64,000 bases of DNA from Bdellovibrionales bacterium (lineage in GTDB: Bacteria; Bdellovibrionota; Bdellovibrionia; Bdellovibrionales; UBA1609). The position numbers and the translations under genes were made by a program. The notes beneath the pieces were generated by a model. The model searched no databases. It was not told the origin of the DNA and worked only from the letters and a program-made list of their open reading frames with translations. Positions within the stretch are counted from its first letter, which is position 1. Each line of letters opens with the position of its first letter. This document shows, in pieces, positions 11,174 through 19,550 of the stretch. Location of the stretch: positions 1,344,001 through 1,408,000 of the forward strand of contig OZ241456.1 of NCBI GenBank assembly GCA_965200875.1, given 5' to 3'.

Positions 11174-11722
11174 TCAGTTGTTTGCAGAGTCAGGTGGTTC
11201 CACAGTGGTTTGTTGTGTTTCAGATTGTGTTTCCACCGGTTCCTCTTTACACGGTGGTTCTTCTACTGTTTCCTTTTCATGAACACCTGTATTGTCGTTA
11301 TCCTCTGTTGTGGCTTTGCCATTGGAAGTTTCCTCCAAAAGTGTGCAACTATAACCAGCTTTCTCTAGTTCTTTTTGTCTACTTGCCAAACCGGCTTTAC
11401 AGACATGTTTTACACTGGTCGCAAATTGCATTAAAAAATCATTTTCAAAAAAACTGCATAACAGCTGATTTTGACCAGGCTTGCCTTTCCATTCTGCTAA
11501 TTCAAGCTGTATGTTTTCTTTCCCTGTTTTTGTACATAAATTTTTTTTCAAAATGTTTGGGATTCCCGCTTTTGGTTCTAGGCAGTTAAAATACTTTTCT
11601 CCACACTCTTCATCGCTGGTACAAGGCTTTCGGTATTTACTGCAAGGATCTTCAGGACATTCCGCTCCATAACTTTGAGATATTGTAAAAAACACAATAA
11701 AAAACAGTATTAAAGCCTTCAT
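11174..11722 (-). CDS. Secreted Cys-rich hypothetical protein (paralogue of 11894-12640)
   Basis: Signal peptide; upstream AGGAGG RBS; shared KAG.P..C.KTG..L.EW..PG.NQLLC..FAT..AGY.C domain. Confidence 0.75.
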   Translation of the reverse strand: MKALILFFIVFFTISQSYGAECPEDPCSKYRKPCTSDEECGEKYFNCLEPKAGIPNILKKNLCTKTGKENIQLELAEWKGKPGQNQLLCSFFENDFLMQFATSVKHVCKAGLASRQKELEKAGYSCTLLEETSNGKATTEDNDNTGVHEKETVEEPPCKEEPVETQSETQQTTVEPPDSANN

Positions 11723-11893
11723 AAAATAACCTCCTGATTTTATAAAAATTAAAATTGCTTCATTGACGACATAGGAAAAAGCGAGCTTGCCTTAATCATC
11801 ATTTCCTTCCTCGTCAAGCTTTTTAGCAGACAAGCTCAAAGCAGATGTAAAAGCATTTTTCTTGAGTTGAATGTGTTTTTCCTTAGTGACTAA

Positions 11894-12640
11894 TTATTGA
11901 CTAGAGCATTGATAACCAGCATCTGTCAACTCTGTTTTTCTGTTCTCTTTTGGAGTATTACAGCCATTTTTCGTATTTGTGGCAAATCCAATAAGATATT
12001 CATTATCTTCAATAAGATCACACAACAGCTGATTTCGACCAGGTATTCCGTGACTCCATTCAGATAATATCAGCATAACAGCGGGATGACCTGTTTTTGC
12101 ACATATTGTTTGTTTCATGTTTGTGGGATTTCCAGCTTTGGTTCTTAAGCAATTGTATTTTTCTGTACATTCCTTATTATTTTTACAGCCGGCTCTATAC
12201 GCACTACAATCATTACTTCCAACAGCAAGGTTCAAAGGAAGAGGAGACGGCTCAGGAGATGGTGGCTCAGGAGATGGCGCAGGATTTGCACCTGGCGCAG
12301 GATTTGCACCCGGCGGAGGATTTGCACCCGGCGGAGGATTTGCACCAGACGGAGGATTTACACCCGGCGGAGGATTTACACCCGGCGGAGGGATAATTGG
12401 CAGTGGATCCAGTCTTCGTTTTGTGTTTTTTGGATCTGTTGTGTTATCGTCAGCTCCCAACTTGCCGTTCTCACTTTCATCATCTTCATCCTCTGTTTGA
12501 TTGCCAGTATTAGTAGTAGGTGTGTCACCTCCTCCACAACCTGAGAAAAGTACGAAAAAAAGTGTGAAAAAGAGGAACAGCAGAAATAAGCTTACAGATT
12601 TCATAGATATTCTATATTTGCCGACTTGGAGTTTAGACAT
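11894..12640 (-). CDS. Putative lipoprotein with Pro-rich linker and Cys-rich C-terminal domain
   Basis: Lipobox-like FSGC; PPG(V/A)NP repeats; C-terminal domain homologous to 11174-11722. Confidence 0.75.
   Translation of the reverse strand: MSKLQVGKYRISMKSVSLFLLFLFFTLFFVLFSGCGGGDTPTTNTGNQTEDEDDESENGKLGADDNTTDPKNTKRRLDPLPIIPPPGVNPPPGVNPPSGANPPPGANPPPGANPAPGANPAPSPEPPSPEPSPLPLNLAVGSNDCSAYRAGCKNNKECTEKYNCLRTKAGNPTNMKQTICAKTGHPAVMLILSEWSHGIPGRNQLLCDLIEDNEYLIGFATNTKNGCNTPKENRKTELTDAGYQCSSQ
12276..12391. repeat. 18-bp tandem repeat, about 6 copies, encoding PPG(V/A)NP
   Basis: Repeated ggcggaggattt(a/g)cacc(c/a/t) units. Confidence 0.9.
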
Positions 12641-12747
12641 TTCAAACCTACTATAATAAAGTTTATATTGTTTTCTACAAAATGAAAAAAGATTTTACCC
12701 AACTTGTGGAAAACTACCATCAATATACAAACCTTAGTTTAGGTTAA

Positions 12748-12834
12748 TGGTGCGCCCGGAGCGACTTGAACGCTCACATCCTCGCAGATACCAGGCCCTC
12801 AACCTGGCCTGTCTACCAATTCCAGCACGGGCGC
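12748..12834 (-). tRNA. tRNA-Leu(GAG)
   Basis: Acceptor stem GCGCCCG/CGGGCGC, encoded CCA, D-loop GGAATTGGTAGAC, anticodon arm CCAGG-TTGAGGG-CCTGG, long variable arm, GTTCAAGTC T-loop. Confidence 0.96.
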
Positions 12835-13002
12835 GTTTGTCTTTTACAATAAAAGTCGTTTCTAGGCCCCTCAACCTAGCCACCAATTCCAGCACGAACA
12901 CCTTGCAATGTATAATAGTCGAAAACGCCACCTTGACACATTATATAAACAATAGTTAATAAAGTCAGTCTGTATTTATATGTTTCTTTTAGGGAGGAAA
13001 AT

Positions 13003-13491
13003 ATGTCCTTATTTCTCCATTTATGGAGTATTTTTACACTTCAACTTAAAGTTTTTACGGGGTGTTTTGCAATACATAGAAAAAACAATGTTGGCGAATT
13101 GGTTAATTCCACTCCAGCAAAGTTTAAGATAAGGGATTTTTTCGTTTGTTTTTATGGATTTGTTTCATTCATGCCGTATGTCTGGGCTGAAACTGAGAAA
13201 GTTCCTCCAGCAAAACCTCATTTTATTGAACAAATGATGCCATTTATATTTATTTTTGTTCTGTTTTATTTTCTTTTGATTCGTCCGGCGCAAAAAAGAC
13301 AAAAGAAACATCAAAATCTTGTCAATCAGTTAAAGAAAGGAGATAGTGTGATTACTTCCAGTGGTATTTTAGGTATTATTTATGGTTTAACGGACAGTTT
13401 TGTGACATTGGAAGTGGCGGATAATGTACGCATTCGGGTTTTAAGGTCTCAGATTTCCTCTCTTGTTGAACCGGATACGGATAAAAAATAG
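13003..13491 (+). CDS. yajC: Preprotein translocase subunit YajC with N-terminal extension
   Basis: FYFLLIRPAQKRQK, LKKGDSVITSSGILG; upstream of secDF; AGGGAGG RBS before ATG at 13003. Confidence 0.92.
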   Translation: MSLFLHLWSIFTLQLKVFTGCFAIHRKNNVGELVNSTPAKFKIRDFFVCFYGFVSFMPYVWAETEKVPPAKPHFIEQMMPFIFIFVLFYFLLIRPAQKRQKKHQNLVNQLKKGDSVITSSGILGIIYGLTDSFVTLEVADNVRIRVLRSQISSLVEPDTDKK

Positions 13492-13525
13492 CTATAAAAA
13501 AATTAAACAGGAATTGTTTTAAAAC

Positions 13526-15232
13526 ATGATTGAAAATAATAAAATACGTTGGGCAATTGTTCTTTTTTCCCTTCTTCTGGCAGGAGCTTGGATATTTCCC
13601 AATTTTTATAATTTTAAGGAAAACCAGTGGTGGTTTTCAAAAGAAAAGCTGATTTACGGTTTGGATATTCAAGGCGGTTTGCATCTTGTTATGGGTGTAA
13701 AGACAGATGAGGCCATTCAAGAGAAAATTACCAGCCTGATGGCGGATTTAAAAGATAATCTGGAGTCAGAAAAAATAAAAGTGGCTGGTATGATTTCTGT
13801 GGAGGGAAAAACCGGGCAGATACGGGTTTCTTTGGAAAAACCTGAAGATCAAGAAAAAGCGAAAGAAGCTCTTAAAAAATACACAGGTTCAATATTAGGG
13901 GGAACACGCCTCAGATTACTAAGTGATTCAGAAGAGAAGGCCATAGTTTTGGGTTATAACGAAGTGGAATTGATTCGTCTTCGTAAGAACATAGCCAGCC
14001 AAGTGGTGGAGGTCATTCGCCGAAGAATTGATGAATTTGGTGTTAGTGAACCTGTTATCACTGTTCAAGGGGAAGATCGTGTGTTGGTTCAGCTACCCGG
14101 AGTGCAGGATTCCGCACGGGCCAGAGATATTATTCAGAGAACAGCCCAGCTGGAGTTTCGTTTGGTAAATCAGGAAATTTCAACGGAGGAATTGATAAAA
14201 TGGGTAAACTCCGCAGAGGAAAAGGGAGGGTACTCTCTGAATTTAAAGACTCCTTACATGGATTATGTGAGAAAAATCAATAAAGACCTAAAAGATAAAA
14301 TCCCTGAAAACCATTTTTTGGTTTTTCAAAGGGCGGAATCCAGCGTCAGTTTACAGACGGGCAAGATTCCTGTTTTGGCACGCACAGATAGTGGCATAGG
14401 TGGTGAAGTTTTACAAACGGCTTTTGTTTCCTCTGATGAATTTGGAAATCCTGAAGTGGCCTTCCATATCAATGTGGCCGGAAGAAAAACTTTTTCTGAA
14501 CTGACAGGTAATAATGTCGGAAAACCTCTGGCTATTATCCTAGATAAGGAATTAAAATCCATGCCCGTTATCAAATCTCGTATATCAGATAGAGGCAGTA
14601 TCAGTATGGGCCGTGGAGGCAGTCAGGATATTCGTGAAGAAGCGGAAAATATTGCCACAGTTTTGCGGGCTGGTGCACTTCCCGCCCGGTTGATAAAAAT
14701 GGAGGAACGCACGGTAGGTCCTACTTTAGGAAGGGACTCCATTGAAAAAGGAAAGAAAGCCGGTCTTTTAGCTGGAATTTTGGTTATTATTTTTATGTTT
14801 CTTTATTACCGCGCGTTGGGTTTAGTGGCTAATGTATCTTTGTGTCTGAATATGCTTTGCCTGCTAGCTTTGCTGACTTCTCTTGGGGCAACTCTGACTC
14901 TGCCGGGTGTGGCGGGTATTATTTTGACTATTGGTATGGCCGTGGATGCTAATGTGATTATTTATGAACGATTAAGAGAGGAATTAAAAAAAGGTTCCGC
15001 TATGGCAATGGCAATCAGGGATGGCTATCGGTACGCACTTTCTGCCATTTTGGACGCAAATATTACTACAGCTATTGTTTGTGCGGTATTGATGTCCTTT
15101 GGAACTGGCCCAATCAGGGGTTTTGCTGTGACTCTTTTTTGTGGCATTATCACTTCCATTTTTACTGCGGTGTTTGTGTCTCGCACTATATTGAATACTT
15201 TAGTCCGCCGATTTCAAATAAAAAAATTATAG
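13526..15232 (+). CDS. secD: Protein translocase subunit SecD
   Basis: GLDIQGG, RRIDEFGVSEP, LRAGALP, TLTLPGVAG, GMAVDANV, DANITT. Confidence 0.98.
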   Translation: MIENNKIRWAIVLFSLLLAGAWIFPNFYNFKENQWWFSKEKLIYGLDIQGGLHLVMGVKTDEAIQEKITSLMADLKDNLESEKIKVAGMISVEGKTGQIRVSLEKPEDQEKAKEALKKYTGSILGGTRLRLLSDSEEKAIVLGYNEVELIRLRKNIASQVVEVIRRRIDEFGVSEPVITVQGEDRVLVQLPGVQDSARARDIIQRTAQLEFRLVNQEISTEELIKWVNSAEEKGGYSLNLKTPYMDYVRKINKDLKDKIPENHFLVFQRAESSVSLQTGKIPVLARTDSGIGGEVLQTAFVSSDEFGNPEVAFHINVAGRKTFSELTGNNVGKPLAIILDKELKSMPVIKSRISDRGSISMGRGGSQDIREEAENIATVLRAGALPARLIKMEERTVGPTLGRDSIEKGKKAGLLAGILVIIFMFLYYRALGLVANVSLCLNMLCLLALLTSLGATLTLPGVAGIILTIGMAVDANVIIYERLREELKKGSAMAMAIRDGYRYALSAILDANITTAIVCAVLMSFGTGPIRGFAVTLFCGIITSIFTAVFVSRTILNTLVRRFQIKKL

Positions 15233-15251
15233 GATAACAGGAACTATTACC

Positions 15252-16205
15252 ATGAAAGAACCTCGTTTTGATTTTTTGTCTTCTTCCCGTTTTGTAACCG
15301 CCTTTTCTCTTATTTTGTCGGTGGTGGCTTTGGTATGGATTATTGTTAATGGTTTAAACTATGGTATCGATTTTGCCGGTGGCAATGAAGTTCAAGTGCG
15401 CTTTGAAAAACCCCCTACAGTAGAGACATTGAGAAAATATGTGTTTGGAAAGGGGTTTGCAAGCCCCTCTGTACAAACTTTTGGTGATGAGGAAAACGAA
15501 TTTTTAATTTTTATAGAAAACATAAAAGACACACAAAATTCAAAGCAGAAACGCCCCTCGCAAAAGAAAGAAACTGACAACGCGTCTGCAAACGCGATGG
15601 CTATAGAAAGCTTGATAAAATCTTTTAAACAGGATTTTGCAGATCAAGGGGTGGAGATACGAAAAGTGGATTCTGTGGGTCCACAAATCGGATCAGAATT
15701 AAGGAAAAAGGGAATATTGGCTGTTTTTTACAGTTTGATTATGATTTTAATTTATTTGGCCATAAGATTTGATTACAAATTCGCACCGGCGGCGGTAATT
15801 TGTCTTTTCCATGATGCGATTTTAACAATGTGGGTGTTTGCTCTTTTTGATTTGGTAGTGAGTGTACAAACCCTAGCCGCTCTTTTGGCTATTATTGGTT
15901 ATTCACTTAATGACACTATCGTGACTTTTGATCGTATCCGGGAAAACGGAGAGTACTTTGGGAAGAAAGAGTCTTTCCTGAAATTATGTAATCGCTCCAT
16001 TAACGATGTGCTTTCCCGCACTTTACTGACTTCTATTACCACTATGATGGCAGTGGGAGTAATGTGGTTTTACACAGATGGAGTAATCAAGGATTTTGCT
16101 TTCACTTTGGGTGTAGGAGTCATTATTGGAACTTACTCTTCCATTTATGTGGCCACTCCTTTAGTGATTTTCATTAATCACCTTCAAAAAAAGCGCAAAA
16201 TCTGA
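15252..16205 (+). CDS. secF: Protein translocase subunit SecF
   Basis: GIDFAGG, VGPQIGSEL, GYSLNDTIVTFDRIRE, GTYSS. Confidence 0.98.
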   Translation: MKEPRFDFLSSSRFVTAFSLILSVVALVWIIVNGLNYGIDFAGGNEVQVRFEKPPTVETLRKYVFGKGFASPSVQTFGDEENEFLIFIENIKDTQNSKQKRPSQKKETDNASANAMAIESLIKSFKQDFADQGVEIRKVDSVGPQIGSELRKKGILAVFYSLIMILIYLAIRFDYKFAPAAVICLFHDAILTMWVFALFDLVVSVQTLAALLAIIGYSLNDTIVTFDRIRENGEYFGKKESFLKLCNRSINDVLSRTLLTSITTMMAVGVMWFYTDGVIKDFAFTLGVGVIIGTYSSIYVATPLVIFINHLQKKRKI

Positions 16206-16227
16206 TCAGTATGCAAAAATTGATATA

Positions 16228-17763
16228 TTGGCTCTGAACATGTTTTTGTGTAACATTTTTGTTATGAAAACAAGATGGGAAGTGATTCAAAATTGTCGTT
16301 ATCCTTCTTTGCCGGAACAATCCTGTTCTGTGTGTAATTTTTTGCAGAATTTAAACCAGAACCGATCAGTCTTTTCTGACCATTTCACTGATTCTGTTTT
16401 TTGGCTGGGAGGACGTTTAACAGGGCCGGTTTCTGCACACTCTTTTTCGTTAAGTGCACAGTCGTATCAATTAAAATGTTTCGTTTCGGAAGAATGTCAT
16501 CTATTTTTTGATTTTGGTGCGGGAGCGCGAAATATCAGGTGGAAGGAGGTATTTTCCCTCCTTGGAGAGGGGGATCATCTCTTAATACACATTCCACACA
16601 CTCTGAAAAAAGCACGGGAAATAAAAGCATTCAGGCAAAAGACGAAATATGTTTGGTTGGTAAAAAATATAGAAAAGCTGGTTTTGGTTTCTGTCAACAA
16701 AGAAAAAAAAGCACTTTTCTCTTCCTCTGTTTTTATAAAGCGACAACGGGATTGGTTTTCTTTTTTAGATAATGTGCATAAGGGAGCACAGCAGATGGGT
16801 TTAGAGCGTGTATCCACACCCACCTTGGTAGATTGTCCAGGAACAGAACCAGCTTTGGATTTGTTTGAAACCCAGCTGTATCACGACATACACGACACGC
16901 CCGCCAAAAATACAGCTTTGTCATCAGAAAAAACAGGTATGGAACAAAAAACACGAGATAAGGAACATAAACAAATATCCAAAAAGACAGAAAAAACAAA
17001 ATTATACCTTGCTACCAGTCCTGAAATAAATATGAAACTTATGCTTTGTCAGGGATGGACGGATATTTATGAAATAAAAAAGTGTTTTAGAAATAGTGAA
17101 TCCGGGGCTTTTAATCACACAGAGTTTCATCTTTTGGAGTGGTATAGAGCTTATTCCCATTTAAACACTTTGATAAAAGATATAGAATATTTGTTGGGTT
17201 TTCTGTCAGCCAAAATGTCCTGCTCCCCTTTTCCAGAATTGAAAAAAGCCAGTATGCGGAAATTATTTAAAAAGTATATTAATATGGAACTCCATCCTAA
17301 CTCCTCTCGAAAAGATTTTATGAGGAAATTAACGAAGCATAATATTCCTTTCGGGGAATCAGATGATATAGAGGACCTTTTTCACTTGTTGTTCTTGAAT
17401 AAAATTGAACCTTTTATAGCCCCTGAAATACCTTTAATAGTGTATGACTATCCTCCTTTTCAAAAAGCCTACGCGCGTATTGGTGCTGAAGGTTGGACCA
17501 GCCGATTTGAATTATTCTGGAAAGGGATGGAATTGGCTAATGCTTTTGACGAGGTGACAGAGGAAAAAGAGCAGGCATTACGATTTCAAGAAGATAATTT
17601 GAAACGAGGAAAACAAGGTAAAATACAAATCCAAGCTGACCAACCACTATTGAATGGTATGAAAAGAGGCATGCCTCCTTCAAGTGGGGTGGCTTTGGGT
17701 TTGGAGCGTGTGTTTATGGCTTTAAAAGGGTTGGATGATATACATTTGATGCGGGTTACATAA
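16228..17763 (+). CDS. epmA: EF-P lysine aminoacylase EpmA/GenX-like with long N-terminal extension (start uncertain, possibly ATG at 16264)
   Basis: PGTEPAL, YLATSPE..MK, FRNSE...HTEFHLLEWY, RFELF..GMELANAF.E, GMPPSSGVALGLER. Confidence 0.8.
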   Translation: MALNMFLCNIFVMKTRWEVIQNCRYPSLPEQSCSVCNFLQNLNQNRSVFSDHFTDSVFWLGGRLTGPVSAHSFSLSAQSYQLKCFVSEECHLFFDFGAGARNIRWKEVFSLLGEGDHLLIHIPHTLKKAREIKAFRQKTKYVWLVKNIEKLVLVSVNKEKKALFSSSVFIKRQRDWFSFLDNVHKGAQQMGLERVSTPTLVDCPGTEPALDLFETQLYHDIHDTPAKNTALSSEKTGMEQKTRDKEHKQISKKTEKTKLYLATSPEINMKLMLCQGWTDIYEIKKCFRNSESGAFNHTEFHLLEWYRAYSHLNTLIKDIEYLLGFLSAKMSCSPFPELKKASMRKLFKKYINMELHPNSSRKDFMRKLTKHNIPFGESDDIEDLFHLLFLNKIEPFIAPEIPLIVYDYPPFQKAYARIGAEGWTSRFELFWKGMELANAFDEVTEEKEQALRFQEDNLKRGKQGKIQIQADQPLLNGMKRGMPPSSGVALGLERVFMALKGLDDIHLMRVT

Positions 17764-17819
17764 AATATCTCACTATTTGTATAAAGATTAAACATCTGTC
17801 AATAAATGTATTTTATTTT

Positions 17820-17834
17820 GTCTCATTTTGAGAC
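17820..17834. promoter_or_regulatory. Palindrome GTCTCA-N3-TGAGAC, candidate operator
   Basis: Perfect 6-bp inverted repeat in the intergenic region upstream of the pilin-like gene pair. Confidence 0.3.
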
Positions 17835-17945
17835 TCTTGTTTATTATTAAAGCTTGAGTTTGTATTTTTTCTTGTGTCTGATCAATAGTATCTGAGAAAA
17901 TGTATTTATCTTGGTGATTCAGATGGTTGGCTGAAACCACTTTTT

Positions 17946-19490
17946 TTGCGAACAGGTTTAATGAGGGAAAACATAATGGCTGATAACATTAAAAACACAA
18001 ATAATATATTGCACAATCATAGAGGTTCTGCCGCTATTATTTTGTCACTGATGGTTTCAGGAGGAACTTTAAGCACTGTTTATATGACACAAAAAATGGC
18101 TGGAAATTTTTTCAACCGAATGTCTCAAACTATGGAGGAATGGGAAACAAATCTCGTGGTTCGTTCTGTTCAAACACTGGCTGGTTATCTGGTGTCAAAT
18201 AATCTGATATTGTGTCGGGAACAAGGTTGGCAAGGAACACCATCTAAAAAATGCAAATGGAGGGAGGATGGTGACAAAAAACCCGCAGATTTTAAATTAT
18301 CCAAACCACAATATCTAAATGAAGGTCTTTCTTTTCAAGGTATCCATAATCTGGAAGGCATAGACAAACATTATAAGGTGATTTTTAACTTAGTGGATTG
18401 GCGGGACACTGCCATACAAAGTTTCATTGGAGAAATACCTGAATATATTTGTCGAAGGAAAGAAGATTTAAGAATTATTGAAGATGCTACTTGTCCTAAT
18501 TACAGTTCTGTTGGTGATCCTACAAACCAACCATGTAATAATAAGCCCGGAAGTGTATGTGAATACATAAAACCAGTTGATGGAGATCATTGGATTGTTT
18601 TGGTGAAAGTGGAGCTTCCTTTTACAGATCCTGTGTCTGGAGTGAAGAAAACACATACAGCCTTATCCGGTATTCGCCGGCCTCTGGCTATGTTCGTATT
18701 ACAATCCATTGCACCCGGAAAACAATGTTCTCTGGCTTGTAATGTGGGTAGAAGTGCCAACTTTGCACCGGATTGCAAGGGTAGGCTTTTTCCGTCAGAA
18801 GAGGGAGTGTATGGAGGGCTGGCTTCAAGTGTGCTTACTGTTAAAAATGAAGGGCCGGGTGCGATATATAAATTATCCCTTGTAAAATATACAACCAATC
18901 TTGACAACATTAATGAAAAAATAATGGATGTCACTCCAGATATTATTGCTTCTGCTAAAAAAGAAGTTCTCCTTCCAGGAGATACATTAAGTTTCGAATC
19001 TTTTTATAAGTGCCCTGTGGAAGTACGAACAGAAGTAATACGTAGAAGTGGCACAAGAGATTCAGTATCCAGTTCAGTATCAAATGAAATGGTACCTGTT
19101 CGGCAGGTTGAATATGCTTTTTCCTTCGATGCGCAAAATCCGGCCGGGGCCTGTTATAGTTCAGCAGGAGATACTTTTTCTTCTGTGGTAAAAGGGGTGG
19201 ATGTGACACTTCCAGCCAACAGAGGACTCATCAGTTCAGCTGTTTGTCGTAACGGGGCCAGCTCCTGTTCTCACGGAGGGCAAACCGGTACCTGCGAGTA
19301 CGCAAATATAGAACCAAAAAGAATGTTTTTAAGTGTGTACCCCTCTCCTATTGGTAAAGAGCACCGGATGGTTGTAGAACGTTCGACTACCGTTACTGTG
19401 ACCCCACCTCCTCCATCTCCACGGAGGTCTGCAACAGGAGGTGTCAGCTTTGCATGCGGATGTGGTGGCGGAGGCGGAGGCTCAAACTGA
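17946..19490 (+). CDS. Cys-rich hypothetical protein with class III (prepilin-like) N-terminus; likely start 17976
   Basis: HNHRG|SAAIILSLMVSGG followed by an amphipathic helix; many Cys; Pro/Gly-rich tail. Confidence 0.65.
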   Translation: MRTGLMRENIMADNIKNTNNILHNHRGSAAIILSLMVSGGTLSTVYMTQKMAGNFFNRMSQTMEEWETNLVVRSVQTLAGYLVSNNLILCREQGWQGTPSKKCKWREDGDKKPADFKLSKPQYLNEGLSFQGIHNLEGIDKHYKVIFNLVDWRDTAIQSFIGEIPEYICRRKEDLRIIEDATCPNYSSVGDPTNQPCNNKPGSVCEYIKPVDGDHWIVLVKVELPFTDPVSGVKKTHTALSGIRRPLAMFVLQSIAPGKQCSLACNVGRSANFAPDCKGRLFPSEEGVYGGLASSVLTVKNEGPGAIYKLSLVKYTTNLDNINEKIMDVTPDIIASAKKEVLLPGDTLSFESFYKCPVEVRTEVIRRSGTRDSVSSSVSNEMVPVRQVEYAFSFDAQNPAGACYSSAGDTFSSVVKGVDVTLPANRGLISSAVCRNGASSCSHGGQTGTCEYANIEPKRMFLSVYPSPIGKEHRMVVERSTTVTVTPPPPSPRRSATGGVSFACGCGGGGGGSN

Positions 19491-19550
19491 TTTTCAAAGC
19501 GGTGCAAAACAGAGGCAAAGTAGCAAACTAATTTTCAAAGTGGTGCAAAA

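Noticed and set aside
11174..12834. tRNA-integrated genomic island
   Set aside because: No integrase and no duplicated tRNA 3' end seen downstream of the tRNA.
19483..19550. Two 27-bp repeats as a mini-CRISPR
   Set aside because: Only two copies with a 14-nt spacer, and one overlaps a stop codon.
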